A stretch of 64,000 nt of DNA. It comes from Symbiobacterium thermophilum (GTDB lineage Bacteria > Bacillota > Sulfobacillia > UBA995). Made by a program: the position numbers and the translations under genes. Shown piece by piece: positions 45,910 through 55,625 of the stretch; the stretch's first letter is position 1, and each line of letters begins with the position of its first letter. The notes beneath the pieces are model-generated. The model was given only the letters and a program-made list of their open reading frames with translations, was not told the origin of the DNA and made no database searches. The stretch lies in assembly GCA_020725145.1 (NCBI GenBank), contig DYFO01000004.1, positions 2,042 through 66,041 on the forward strand, given 5' to 3'.

Positions 45910-46800
45910 TCAGGCCCGGGGATGGGCGCGGGCGTACACTTCCTTGAGTCGACCTCGGGTCAGCTGGGTGTAGATCTGCGTGGTGGAGATGTCGGCATGA
46001 CCCAACATCTCCTGGACCGCCCGCAAGTCGGCACCGTTCTCCAGAAGATGCGCGGCAAAGGAATGTCGCAGGGTGTGAGGGGTGATATCGGGAGCAATGC
46101 TGGCATCGACGGCGTAACGCTTGACTATCTTCCAAAAGCCCTGCCGGGTAAGACGGCGGCCGTGGTGGTTTACGAAAAGAGCGCCGTCATCGGCCTGGTT
46201 TCTTACCAGGGACGGACGCGACTTCAGAAGGTACTCCCCCACCCAGCGTTTGGCCATAGAACCCAGAGGGACGACCCTCTCGCGGGCACCGCGGCCCGAG
46301 CAGCGTACGTACCCAAGCGCCAGGTTCACGTCGTCCCGGTTCAGCGAGACCAGCTCGGAGACGCGGATGCCGGTGGCGTACAGAAGCTCAAGCATGGCGC
46401 GGTCGCGCAGGCCTGAAGGATCGTCGGCCCGCGGCTGCTCGAGCAGGCGTTCTACCTCCTCAACGCTGAGGATGCGCGGAAGCCGCTTGGCGAGCTTGGG
46501 CGACTCCAGGTTGGCGGTGGGGTCGCGTTCGACCACTTGCATGCGGAGCAGGTACTGGTAGAAGGCTTTGAGAGCGGCCAGGCGGCGGGCGATGGTGGCG
46601 TTGGCCTTGCCCTGCTTCTCCATGTGCAGAAGGTAACTGATGATGGTGGCCCGCGAGGCTTCCGCGGGAGAGGTGATCTTGCCCTTCGCCAAAAAGCCGC
46701 CGTACTGGCGCAGATCGCGCCCGTAGGATTCAAGCGTGTTGAGGGCCAGCCTCCGTTCGGAGCCGAGGTACTCTATGAACCGCGCGATCAGCTCTTCCAT
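45910..46800 (-). CDS. xerD: Tyrosine recombinase XerD (chromosome dimer resolution)
   Basis: Start MEELIARF at 46800 after AAGGAGAG; catalytic R..HxxR..Y (LRHSFAAHLL ... QIYTQL); in the conserved deoB-xerD position. Confidence 0.85.
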   Translation of the reverse strand: MEELIARFIEYLGSERRLALNTLESYGRDLRQYGGFLAKGKITSPAEASRATIISYLLHMEKQGKANATIARRLAALKAFYQYLLRMQVVERDPTANLESPKLAKRLPRILSVEEVERLLEQPRADDPSGLRDRAMLELLYATGIRVSELVSLNRDDVNLALGYVRCSGRGARERVVPLGSMAKRWVGEYLLKSRPSLVRNQADDGALFVNHHGRRLTRQGFWKIVKRYAVDASIAPDITPHTLRHSFAAHLLENGADLRAVQEMLGHADISTTQIYTQLTRGRLKEVYARAHPRA

Positions 46801-46924
46801 GGAGGGGCTCTCCTTTGGCTGCGACCTGCTGCCAGGTATTGTGGCCTCCCCTCTCCAGGGGCTATGCGTTGGCCCGATGTCCCGGTATTCTCTCCTGTTC
46901 AACATAATTCGGCAGATCCCTCTC

Positions 46925-47185
46925 TTATGGAAACCCCTTCCCCATGGGCAGCCCCGTTTCACCTTCCATGAAACCGCTCAGTCGCTCCAGCAACCACTCC
47001 AGCCATCGCGACAGCACATCCCAGGCCCCGGGCGAATCCCCCGTCACCGTCCGGCCGGGAGGAAAGATCACGTCCGCCAAGGTTCTGAGCAGCCACGGCA
47101 GGCCCAAGCCCAGAAAACCCAGCACGGCCAGCAGGGCGAGGAAACGGAGGTAAGGGCGCAGGCGTCCCAGCGATATCACGATCAT
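46925..47185 (-). CDS. Small membrane protein (YqzK/DUF4227-like position upstream of xerD)
   Basis: 86 aa with one TM helix; the call rests on position only. Confidence 0.35.
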   Translation of the reverse strand: MIVISLGRLRPYLRFLALLAVLGFLGLGLPWLLRTLADVIFPPGRTVTGDSPGAWDVLSRWLEWLLERLSGFMEGETGLPMGKGFP

Positions 47186-47342
47186 GCGCAGGGCTCTCCC
47201 TTCCGCCGCGTTAGATGCTTATGAAAACCTCGTCCCTCGCATGCGCGCGCCGCGCTCTCCTGCAGAAGGTTGACATGCGTTGGGCGGGCTTCGGACCATG
47301 TAGCTGACCACGGCGGTTGGCGGCGGGTGGTCAGGACCAGAG

Positions 47343-47624
47343 ATGTTCAGGTGCCCGGGACAGGACCGTCGTAACTGGAGGCCCGACGACGTCTTCGAGC
47401 ACACCTGCCCGCACTGCGGCGGACAGGTGGAGTTCATGAAGACCGACGCCAAGCGCGCCTGCCCGGGACAGGAGGAGGGCAGGGCACTGCTTCGGCGCCT
47501 GCACAGGGACAGCGCCAGGCGGTTCGCCCGTGAGCACCTGCCGAAGAGGTCGAGCCGGGAAGAGGTAGGCGGCGGCGGGGAACGCTCCGCACCGCCGCCG
47601 GAATGCGGCCACGCTAGCCCATGA
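47343..47624 (+). CDS. Small CxxC zinc-ribbon protein (MFRCPGQD...CPHCG), possibly frameshifted at the 3' end
   Basis: The N-terminal 40 aa look like a conserved Zn-ribbon family; the C-terminal half is low complexity and converges into the ald stop. Confidence 0.3.
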   Translation: MFRCPGQDRRNWRPDDVFEHTCPHCGGQVEFMKTDAKRACPGQEEGRALLRRLHRDSARRFAREHLPKRSSREEVGGGGERSAPPPECGHASP

Positions 47625-48732
47625 TCTTCGAGAGCGGCACGTACTCCACGCCGTGGGCGACCGCTACCGCCTCGTAGGTCACCTGCCCCTCCAGGACGTT
47701 AACACCCAGCGCCAGCGCGGGGTTCTCCGCCAAAGCCCTGCGCAGTCCCTTGCCGGCAAGCTCCAGTGCGTACGGGAGAGTGACGTTGGTCAGCGCGAAG
47801 GTGGAGGTGCGCGGAACCGCCCCGGGCATGTTGGCGACCGAATAGTGAACGACACCGTGCCGCACGTAGGTGGGGTCCGAATGGGTAGTCACGCGGTCGA
47901 TGGTCTCCACCGACCCCCCCTGGTCGATGGCGACGTCCACGATGACCGCCCCGGGTTTCATCGTGCGCACCATCTCCTCGCTGACCAGCTTCGGGCAGCG
48001 GGCGCCGGGGATCAGCACCGCGCCGATCAAAAGGTCGGCTCGGCGCACGGCGGCCGCGAGGTTGTACGGGTTGGACATCATGGTGACCACGCGGCCTCCG
48101 AACAACTCGTCGATGTAGCGCATGCGGTCGGCGCTTATGTCGAGGATCACCACCTGGGCGCCCATTCCCAGGGCCACGCGGGCCGCGTTCAGGCCCACCG
48201 TACCGCCCCCCACGATCACCACTTCCGCAGGGGGAACCCCCGGGACCCCTCCCAGCAGCACCCCCCGCCCTCCCTGGGGCTTCTCCAGTAGCCGGGCACC
48301 GATCTGGGTGGCCATGCGCCCCGCCACCTCGCTCATCGGCGTCAGCAACGGCAGCGACCCGTCGGGCAGCTGGACCGTTTCGTAGGCGATGGCCGCCACC
48401 CGCCGTCGCATGAGAGCTCGGGTAAGCTCAGGCTCGGGAGCCAGGTGTAAATAGGTGAACAGTATCTGACCGTCCCGGAACAGGTCGAACTCCTCGGGCT
48501 GGGGCTCCTTGACCTTCAGGATCATGTCGGAACGGCTGTAAAGCTGCTCACGCGAGGCGACGATCTCCGCGCCGGCTGCCGAGAACTCCTCGTTGTCGAA
48601 ACCGCTGCCGGCGCCGGCGTTGGCCTCGACGAGCACCTGGTGGCCCTGAGCCCGGAATGCGGCCACCCCGCCGGGCGTGATGGCGATGCGGTTCTCGTCA
48701 CGTTTGATCTCCTTGGGCACCCCGACGATCAT
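47614..48732 (-). CDS. ald: Alanine dehydrogenase
   Basis: The 584-aa ORF holds a 372-aa Ald core starting MIVGVPKEIK at 48732 after a GGGGGGAAAG RBS. The preceding 212 codons are Gly/Arg junk that overlaps spoIIM. Confidence 0.9.
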   Translation of the reverse strand: MIVGVPKEIKRDENRIAITPGGVAAFRAQGHQVLVEANAGAGSGFDNEEFSAAGAEIVASREQLYSRSDMILKVKEPQPEEFDLFRDGQILFTYLHLAPEPELTRALMRRRVAAIAYETVQLPDGSLPLLTPMSEVAGRMATQIGARLLEKPQGGRGVLLGGVPGVPPAEVVIVGGGTVGLNAARVALGMGAQVVILDISADRMRYIDELFGGRVVTMMSNPYNLAAAVRRADLLIGAVLIPGARCPKLVSEEMVRTMKPGAVIVDVAIDQGGSVETIDRVTTHSDPTYVRHGVVHYSVANMPGAVPRTSTFALTNVTLPYALELAGKGLRRALAENPALALGVNVLEGQVTYEAVAVAHGVEYVPLSKIMG

Positions 48733-48818
48733 AGCTTTCCCCCCAGCGCTTCCGCGACGTTTGGCGGCAATGATCAAAGTATGTGTTATACCCGACCGGG
48801 GGGAAATCCTGCCACGTT

Positions 48819-49466
48819 CTACGACATGGCGTAGCCGGCGATGAGCCGCATGAAGACCGGGGCAACGCATGCCTCGAGCAACCCGGCACCCACCATGAGC
48901 AGGCAGGCCAGCAGGGCGACGAAGCCGTAACCCAGCACCTCCTCTGCCAACGGGCGCGGGTCGGGGTCCCAGTGACGCCTCACGAGGAGCAAGGAGAAGG
49001 ATAGCGAGGAGACGGCGATCAGCACAAGTGCCGGCAGCGCCAGCAGATTCTGCGGCAGCACGGCGCCGGCCGCCAGTAGCAGCCCCGCCTGTCCCATTTC
49101 GTCCACCAGGAAGGCAACCGTGAAGCCCACCGCCAGACCGCGCAGGAAGACGACGGCCGCCACCGCCGGGATGCCCACCACCGTCAGTCCTAACCCCCAC
49201 AGGAAGCCGACCGTCTTCAGGTTCTGAAGACACGCAGCCCGTAGTGCGACTGAAGGCTCCGACCTGAGTTTGCCGTCGGAAAGGCCGCGCAGGAACGTCG
49301 CAAGGTAGCGCACCAGCTCTGCCTTTTCCTCTCGGTCCAGGACCTTGACGGCCGTGGCCCCCAGACACACTCCCCCGACCAGCAGGCCCAACACTACCAA
49401 GTACAAGAGGGCGTTGCGACGGAGGTAACCCGACAGGCCCAGCCGGAAACCGTCAACGAACGACAA
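48819..49466 (-). CDS. spoIIM: Stage II sporulation protein M
   Basis: 215 aa, 5 TM helices; N-terminus MSFVDGFRLGLSGYLRRN. Confidence 0.85.
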   Translation of the reverse strand: MSFVDGFRLGLSGYLRRNALLYLVVLGLLVGGVCLGATAVKVLDREEKAELVRYLATFLRGLSDGKLRSEPSVALRAACLQNLKTVGFLWGLGLTVVGIPAVAAVVFLRGLAVGFTVAFLVDEMGQAGLLLAAGAVLPQNLLALPALVLIAVSSLSFSLLLVRRHWDPDPRPLAEEVLGYGFVALLACLLMVGAGLLEACVAPVFMRLIAGYAMS

Positions 49467-49518
49467 GCCCGTTCACCTCCCCCGCACTCTCCTAACCTAT
49501 GCCGGGGGATGGCCGGTC

Positions 49519-50712
49519 TTACCGTCTCACGCGCCCCGGTCGACCCCCTCCTCCCGGGCGGATGCCGAGCTTTCCCTGCCGCGCGCCGATGATGCGGCGC
49601 GCGAGCTCCTCCCCCACCACCGCCGCAAGGTCGGCCGGGGCCGCGCGATGCAGCACCGTCATTTCCGTCCCGAACGCCGCCAGCAGCGCTCGTCGCGTCT
49701 TCGGGCCGATTCCCGGCATATCCGCCAGCGGGATCTGTGCCACGTACCGCGGGCGCCAGGGGGGGTGTAGCGTCTCCCTTCCCGAGGAACGCTCCACCAC
49801 GCGGTCCAGCACGCCTACCACCAGGCGTCGATCTCCGCAGCGCGGGCAGCTAAGCACCGGGGGAGGTTCGGTGTCGGCCGTGAAACCGCACCGGCGGCAG
49901 TGCGAACGGTGGTACTTCCCCAGCCTGGGGTCAAGACCGTAGTTGGCAAGGATTCGGCGACCGTGGCGAGGAGGAGTTTCCAGGGCCATCAGGAGCTCCG
50001 CGAAGGAAGGCGCCAGCAGCTCAAGCTCGACGTACTCCCGGGCTACGGCCTCCGCGGCATGGGCGTCGGAGCTGCTCAGATACGGATAGCCGGCCAGTTC
50101 GGGCAGGCGGTCGGCCAGATCCGAGTCGGCGGATAGTCCCAGCTCCACCGCGAATGGACAGGCCGGGAAGGTGTCGGAAAGGGGCGGGGTTCGCTCCCGC
50201 CCGAGATACCCCTTGTACGGTGTGAAAGCGTGCGCACAGACGACCAGCCCCCCGAGCTCGGCCGCCAATCGCGCAAGATCGCCGGCTTCCGCAGCCACGC
50301 GCTGGGTTGACAGCTCGGGATTGCTCACCCTCTCGGCCACCCATCCTGCCACCTCGTCGAGCGACTCGAGGTCGGGCAGGTAGAGGAGAACATGCGTTCC
50401 GGCCCCCGGACCGCGGCCGAGCTCGAATTCGGCGGCAGGCACGAACCCCAACCCGGCGGGAGTCAGGTAGCCTCCGCCGCGCACGGGGATAAGCTCCCCC
50501 TTGCGCTCAAGTTGCCCGAGTTCCTCGCGGACCCCCCGACAGGCGCAATCCACGACCGCCACCATGTCGAGGCCCTTGCGCTCACGCGCCGTCCTCAGCA
50601 CCGTGGCCAACGTCAGTTCACGGGCCGCCGCAACCTTCACCGGCCGCCCGGCAGCGGTGCCGATGTGCACGTGAAGGTCCGCAAAGCAGCGGCGAAGGCT
50701 CGCGGAGCTCAC
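49519..50712 (-). CDS. Endonuclease Q-like protein (PHP-domain nuclease with Zn-finger and helix-hairpin-helix)
   Basis: DLHVHIG PHP motif, CRRCG...CPRCG Zn finger, C-terminal HhH PGIGPKTRRALLAAFGT. Confidence 0.6.
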   Translation of the reverse strand: MSSASLRRCFADLHVHIGTAAGRPVKVAAARELTLATVLRTARERKGLDMVAVVDCACRGVREELGQLERKGELIPVRGGGYLTPAGLGFVPAAEFELGRGPGAGTHVLLYLPDLESLDEVAGWVAERVSNPELSTQRVAAEAGDLARLAAELGGLVVCAHAFTPYKGYLGRERTPPLSDTFPACPFAVELGLSADSDLADRLPELAGYPYLSSSDAHAAEAVAREYVELELLAPSFAELLMALETPPRHGRRILANYGLDPRLGKYHRSHCRRCGFTADTEPPPVLSCPRCGDRRLVVGVLDRVVERSSGRETLHPPWRPRYVAQIPLADMPGIGPKTRRALLAAFGTEMTVLHRAAPADLAAVVGEELARRIIGARQGKLGIRPGGGGRPGRVRR

Positions 50713-51230
50713 CTCGTCGACAGATGGTGCGCGGCCAGCAGCAACCCCGCTACCGACTTGGCATCGCGCAGTGTTCCCTCGCGGACGCGCTGCACCGCTT
50801 CGTCCAGTGACAGCCGGTGCACGGTCAGTTCCTCGTCTTCGTCCACTCCGGGGCGGACCCGCACCGCCTCAAGTTCGGTGGCCAGATAAAGATGCATGAA
50901 CTCCGTCGAATACCCCGGAGAGACGAAGAACCCTGCGAGCCTTTGCAGCCTTCGTGGAAGATATCCGGTTTCTTCGGCGAGTTCACGCCGCGCGCAAGCT
51001 TCCGGGGTCTCGCCTGCAGCGAGCGTGCCGGCAGGCACCTCGAGCAGAGGCTCCCCGGCCCCCACGCGGTGTTGTTCTACCAGGAGCACGCTCTGGTCGC
51101 CGGTTACGGCCACCACCGCCACCGATCCCGGGTGCTCAACCACCTCGCGCTCCGTTCTCCTCCCGGACGGCAACGTCACCTCGACCGCCCGCACCGTGAA
51201 GAGCGTTCCCCGGTACACGGGCCGATCCAT
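50709..51230 (-). CDS. NUDIX hydrolase (ADP-ribose pyrophosphatase-like)
   Basis: Nudix box GTLAAGETPEACARRELAEETG; 4-bp overlap with the EndoQ-like gene. Confidence 0.8.
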   Translation of the reverse strand: MDRPVYRGTLFTVRAVEVTLPSGRRTEREVVEHPGSVAVVAVTGDQSVLLVEQHRVGAGEPLLEVPAGTLAAGETPEACARRELAEETGYLPRRLQRLAGFFVSPGYSTEFMHLYLATELEAVRVRPGVDEDEELTVHRLSLDEAVQRVREGTLRDAKSVAGLLLAAHHLSTR

Positions 51231-52404
51231 GGTCCATGCCTCCTTCTTTGTCCGCCGATAGTTGGGCCGCCACCAGCCCGGCGGCTCCGGCCGCTTGAAA
51301 GAACGCCGGGTCCTCCCGAAGCCCGCGCCCCATGGTAGTCACCTCGAGACCTTCGCGCACAAGCAAGTCCAGTGCCGGTTCGCCTGGTGCCTCGATCAGT
51401 CGATGGCGTGCCGTCACCTGCGCTTCCTCAAGTTGCGCCCACACCCGCGAGGATTGCTCCGCCTCAAGGGTAGGTACCGCAATCACCGCCCTGGTAAGAG
51501 CTACCCGTCCCAGGGCGGTGAGGCAATGGTGACTGACCCCGCGGTGGCGCGGGCGGGAATCGCCGAAGCTCACCCGCAACGCCGCCACCGGATTGCCGCC
51601 CAGCACGTTCACGCGGTCGACGATCTCGCCCTGTTCGACCGCGGTGAAGCCGTAGGCGGTACCGGTCCCCACCACACCTGGTCCCATGACCACCACGGCC
51701 AGCTCGGCCCCCACTACCGCCCGCGCGCACAGCAGCGCGGTATAGAGGTTGACGGCCTCGTAGTCGCCCCCGAAGGCATGGCCTGCGGTGATCGTCGCCG
51801 CCAGCCAGCCCCGCTCGCACAGCTCCGCAACGGTGCGGCTGAAGGCCAGCGGTAACGCCCCGCCGTCGGTCATCACGTAAGCCACGCGGGGCCGGGGCCG
51901 GGGGCCGGCGCGCATCCCGGCCACGATGGGAGCCAGCTGGCTGTGCACACACCCCACGACCACAACCATTCCCTCCAGGCCGCAGGCCGCGGTCAGCGCC
52001 GCCCGCGCGGGGTGCGCCTCCTCTTCGATCGTCAGGCACTGCAGCTGCAGAGGAGTATAGCGCAGCTTCATGATGTGCCCGGCGGCGGCCCGTTCGCGAC
52101 GTTCGCGACCCTGCACCGCCAGGACGAAATGCAGTCCGCCCGTACCCAACCCAAGGCTCACTGCGGTGGTGTTGAGCAGCACGCGATCGCCGGCGTCCAC
52201 CTGTCCGGTGATCGCGTCGTAGTTCAAGGCCCGCGACCTGTCGGAGCAGCCCTCAAGCTCAACCTCGAGCACCGTGGCGCCTCGCCAGGCATCCAGGCGC
52301 CGGATCACCCTTGCCAGACGGAACTCCGCTCCGGCCAGCTTCCCCGCCCCCTCAACCGTTCGCTTCCGGACATCCAGCTTTCCCAGAAAGCGCCCGTGGC
52401 CCAA
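51136..52404 (-). CDS. DUF3866-family protein (function unknown)
   Basis: HIMKLRYTPLQ motif and overall layout; about 95 bp overlap with the NUDIX gene start. Confidence 0.5.
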   Translation of the reverse strand: MGHGRFLGKLDVRKRTVEGAGKLAGAEFRLARVIRRLDAWRGATVLEVELEGCSDRSRALNYDAITGQVDAGDRVLLNTTAVSLGLGTGGLHFVLAVQGRERRERAAAGHIMKLRYTPLQLQCLTIEEEAHPARAALTAACGLEGMVVVVGCVHSQLAPIVAGMRAGPRPRPRVAYVMTDGGALPLAFSRTVAELCERGWLAATITAGHAFGGDYEAVNLYTALLCARAVVGAELAVVVMGPGVVGTGTAYGFTAVEQGEIVDRVNVLGGNPVAALRVSFGDSRPRHRGVSHHCLTALGRVALTRAVIAVPTLEAEQSSRVWAQLEEAQVTARHRLIEAPGEPALDLLVREGLEVTTMGRGLREDPAFFQAAGAAGLVAAQLSADKEGGMDHGSARVPGNALHGAGGRGDVAVREENGARGG

Positions 52405-52422
52405 GGGGGAACCGGTACCGAC

Positions 52423-52935
52423 TCAGGGCGTCAGTGTGAACTCCCAGGCGCACCAGTACCCGTTGCGGCGGGGATCGGGCGGGCAAGTCAGACAACGGAC
52501 CTGAAGGCGCGGGTCGATCGTCCGGGCGAACTCCCGGTACTCGACCAGTCCGACCTCGCGGCAGGGGAAGTCGGGCAGTCCCGCCCTCGCCCGGGCCTCC
52601 TGTACACGGCACTCCAGCATGCGAAACACCGCCCGGCCTCCGGTAACCTCCACCGTCTCTTGACGGTTGAGCAGGGCGTACAGCCGGCAGTTCAAGGCCT
52701 CCACCAGCAAGGGAATCCCGCCTCCCGGTTCCCTTCCCAGGCGCGCGAGTATCCGCTTGGCTTCAATGGGCGAGAAGCGTTCCCAGGCCTCCATGTCCAG
52801 GCGGATGGCCGCCTCGGTGCCGTAGGCCCGCTCCACGGCCTGGAACCACAGTCCGTCGTGCGCCAGCCACAGGCGGGCGGCGTCCTTGAGCCACCGCTCG
52901 AGTTCGGATCGGTCCATCTGCTCGGGCGGCCTCAT
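52423..52935 (-). CDS. Hypothetical cytosolic protein (DUF6125-like)
   Basis: 170 aa; the function is unknown. Confidence 0.4.
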   Translation of the reverse strand: MRPPEQMDRSELERWLKDAARLWLAHDGLWFQAVERAYGTEAAIRLDMEAWERFSPIEAKRILARLGREPGGGIPLLVEALNCRLYALLNRQETVEVTGGRAVFRMLECRVQEARARAGLPDFPCREVGLVEYREFARTIDPRLQVRCLTCPPDPRRNGYWCAWEFTLTP

Positions 52936-53507
52936 GCCCGGGCTCCCTCAAGCTCTGCCTTCGCCAGCTCCACGCCGCGGTACAGGGCTTCACGGTTCAG
53001 CGGAATGAGGTTGTGGCGGTGGGGTGGAAGCGCCTTCTTGAGCGATTCCAGTACCGATTCCGGCCGGACGGCGGCGGTGGCGGCGAGGAAGGCCCCGAGG
53101 GCTACCATGTTGGCCACGCGATCGTTCCCGAGCTCCTGCGCCACACCGGTGGCGGGGACCGAAAGCACCCTGAGGTCCTGTCGGCGAGGCTGGCGTCCGA
53201 CCAGCGTGGAGTTGATCACCAGCAGCCCCGAGGGGATCACCGCCTCCTCAAAACGGTCCAGCGACGGGCGGTTCATGGCCACCACCGCGGAAGGCTTTCC
53301 CACCACAGGGGATCCTATGGGTTCGGAGGCGATGACCACCGTGCAGTTTGCCGTACCTCCGCGCTGCTCCGGTCCGTAGGACGGCATCCAGGTAACCTGG
53401 CGGCCTTCCAGCATCGCCGCGTAGGCCAGAAGTTGCCCCATGGACATCACGCCCTGACCCCCGAAGCCGGCGAAGATCACCTCATGCCTGTTCGCCATGC
53501 TTGCCAC
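52932..53507 (-). CDS. 2-oxoacid:ferredoxin oxidoreductase gamma subunit
   Basis: N-terminus FAGFGGQGV...; in operon with the alpha, beta and delta subunits. Confidence 0.85.
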   Translation of the reverse strand: MASMANRHEVIFAGFGGQGVMSMGQLLAYAAMLEGRQVTWMPSYGPEQRGGTANCTVVIASEPIGSPVVGKPSAVVAMNRPSLDRFEEAVIPSGLLVINSTLVGRQPRRQDLRVLSVPATGVAQELGNDRVANMVALGAFLAATAAVRPESVLESLKKALPPHRHNLIPLNREALYRGVELAKAELEGARA

Positions 53508-54291
53508 TCACCTCCGACCCGACTCTGGCCAGCAGGGGGCCGCCTCCCGGGTCGGCGGCATCGGTTCTGAACTCACCGGGCGGATAATACGGTACCATGA
53601 CCTCTTCGACCCATTTCAAGGCTTCGCGCGGCGACATGCCCCATCCGGTCGGACAGGTGGACAAAAGCTCCACCAGCCCGAACCCCTTGCCGTCCAGCTG
53701 GGCCTGGAAAGCGCGTTTGACGGCAGTGCGGGCCCGTGCAACCTGAGCCGGGCCGGTCAGCGGGACACGGGCCAGGTAGGCGACCCCCCTAACCCGCTCC
53801 AGCAGCTCGCAAACGCGTATGGGATAGCCCTCGCGGGCGGGTTCGCGCCCGAAAGGAGAAGTGGTGGTCTGCTGGCCGAGCAGGGTGGTCGGCGCCATCT
53901 GGCCCCCGGTCATGCCGTAGATGGCGTTGTTGATGAAGATGACCGTGACGAGTTCCCCCCGCGCCGCGGCGTGGACCACCTCCGCCATGCCGATGGAGGC
54001 CAGGTCTCCGTCCCCTTGATAGGTGAACACCACGGCGTCCGGCCTGGCTCGTTTGATGCCGGTGGCCACCGCCGGCGCGCGCCCGTGCGCAGCCTGCACC
54101 ATATCACAGGCGAAGTAGTCATAGGCCAGCACCGCGCAACCTACCGGTGCCACCCCCACCGCCCGATCGAAAACTCCCAGCTCCTCGATAACCTCCGCCA
54201 CCAGCCGGTGCGCGATCCCGTGCGTGCAGCCGGGGCAGTAATGCGTCGGCATGTCGACGAGGGCATCGGGCCGTTTGAAGGCAACGCGCAT
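53482..54291 (-). CDS. 2-oxoacid:ferredoxin oxidoreductase beta subunit (TPP-binding)
   Basis: Cys ligands CPGC...C and TPP motif GDGD. Confidence 0.9.
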   Translation of the reverse strand: MRVAFKRPDALVDMPTHYCPGCTHGIAHRLVAEVIEELGVFDRAVGVAPVGCAVLAYDYFACDMVQAAHGRAPAVATGIKRARPDAVVFTYQGDGDLASIGMAEVVHAAARGELVTVIFINNAIYGMTGGQMAPTTLLGQQTTTSPFGREPAREGYPIRVCELLERVRGVAYLARVPLTGPAQVARARTAVKRAFQAQLDGKGFGLVELLSTCPTGWGMSPREALKWVEEVMVPYYPPGEFRTDAADPGGGPLLARVGSEVSGKHGEQA

Positions 54292-54303
54292 CGCACAACC
54301 CTC

Positions 54304-55380
54304 CTAACGCAGTTCCCGGACCAGCTCGCGAACCTGTTCGCGGATCTCCTCGGGAGAAGGAACCGCACCTCCGGTACGCCCGTAGAAGCGAATCGGAACC
54401 CGGTCACCCGCCACCAGGCGCACGTCCTCGACCATCTGCCCCGCGCTCATCTCCACCACCAGCACCGCGCGGACGCGACCGGTCTTCAGCAAATCGGCCA
54501 GGGGGTCGTCCGGGAAAGGCCAGAGCGTGATGGGCCTGAACAAGCCCACCGCCTCTCCTTCTGCCCTCAGCGGCTCAAGGGCCGTCCGGCAGATGCGCGC
54601 GGTGGTGCCATACGCCACCACCACCAGTTCGGCATTTTCCACCCACAGGCAGTCCCAGCGCTTCTCGGTCCTTTGCATCTCACGATACTTGGCCTGCAGG
54701 CGCCGGTTGTGCTCTTCACATTTCTCGGCTTGCAGATACAGCGAGTTGATCAGGCGCTTGGGGCCTCCCCTGCGGCCCGTCGTCGCCCAGGGCTTCTCCG
54801 GCAGGGTGCCGAGATCCCGCATGGGCGGGAAGCGCACCGGTTCCATCATCTGCCCCAGGATACCGTCGCCCAGCACCAGCGCAGGGTTGCGGTAATGGTT
54901 CGCCCGGTCCAAGGCCAGCACGGTGAGGTCGACCAGTTCCTGGATGCTTGCCGGCCCGTATACCAGCAGCCGGTAGTCGCCGTGGCCTCCTCCCTTGACC
55001 GCCTGGAAGTAGTCGGATTGCGCCGGCTGGATGGTTCCGAGGCCAGGGCCTCCTCTGATCATGTTGACGATGAAGGCAGGCAGTTCCGACCCGACCAGAT
55101 AGGAGATGCCCTCCTGCTTGAGGCTGATCCCGGGCGATGAGGAGGAAGTCATCGCCAGGGCCCCGGCCGCCGCGGCCCCGTAGACCATGTTGATGGCGGC
55201 CACTTCGCTTTCGGCCTGGATGTATACACCGCCGACCTCAGGGAGGCGACGTGACATGTACTCGGGGATCTCGTTCTGCGGGGTGATGGGATAGCCGAAG
55301 AAGAAGCGGCAACCCGCTCTGATAGCGGCCTCGCCGACCGCCTCGTTACCCTTCATTAACACGACGTCCTCCACGATCAT
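54304..55380 (-). CDS. 2-oxoacid:ferredoxin oxidoreductase alpha subunit
   Basis: Start MIVEDVVLMKGNEAV at 55380 after GGGAAGGGAGGGG; ATGA overlap with the ferredoxin gene. Confidence 0.9.
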   Translation of the reverse strand: MIVEDVVLMKGNEAVGEAAIRAGCRFFFGYPITPQNEIPEYMSRRLPEVGGVYIQAESEVAAINMVYGAAAAGALAMTSSSSPGISLKQEGISYLVGSELPAFIVNMIRGGPGLGTIQPAQSDYFQAVKGGGHGDYRLLVYGPASIQELVDLTVLALDRANHYRNPALVLGDGILGQMMEPVRFPPMRDLGTLPEKPWATTGRRGGPKRLINSLYLQAEKCEEHNRRLQAKYREMQRTEKRWDCLWVENAELVVVAYGTTARICRTALEPLRAEGEAVGLFRPITLWPFPDDPLADLLKTGRVRAVLVVEMSAGQMVEDVRLVAGDRVPIRFYGRTGGAVPSPEEIREQVRELVRELR

Positions 55381-55625
55381 CCCCTCCCTTCCCGCGCTCC
55401 GGCCGCCGAGCGCCGTTCCGGCCGGTAGACCGTGATCACCAGATCGGGGCACATCCGGGCGCACAGGGCACAGCCGGTACAGCGCTCCTGTTCGGTGACG
55501 GTAGCCGGGCGAAACCCGCGCTGGTTGATCTCCTCGGCCATGAAGATGATGCTTTCGGGGCAGACGTCCACGCACAGCTCACAACCTTTACAGCGCTCCG
55601 GATCAAAGACCACCCGTTTGTCCAT
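55377..55625 (-). CDS. 2x[4Fe-4S] ferredoxin (OFOR delta subunit)
   Basis: Start MDKRVVFDPERCKGCELCVDVCP at 55625; second cluster CTGCALCARMCP. Confidence 0.8.
   Translation of the reverse strand: MDKRVVFDPERCKGCELCVDVCPESIIFMAEEINQRGFRPATVTEQERCTGCALCARMCPDLVITVYRPERRSAAGAREGRG

Noticed and set aside
45910-46800. The tyrosine recombinase as a possible integrase marking a mobile element or prophage.
   Set aside because: It sits in the conserved deoB-xerD chromosomal position. It has the XerD-type C-terminus, and no phage or IS genes or att-like repeats are nearby. It is the housekeeping dimer-resolution recombinase.
48733-49368. A 212-codon N-terminal extension of the alanine dehydrogenase ORF, which makes a 584-aa ORF overlapping spoIIM.
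   Set aside because: The translation is Gly/Arg-rich junk. The canonical Ald N-terminus MIVGVPKEIK begins at 48732 with its own RBS, and the extension overlaps the well-supported spoIIM gene in another frame.
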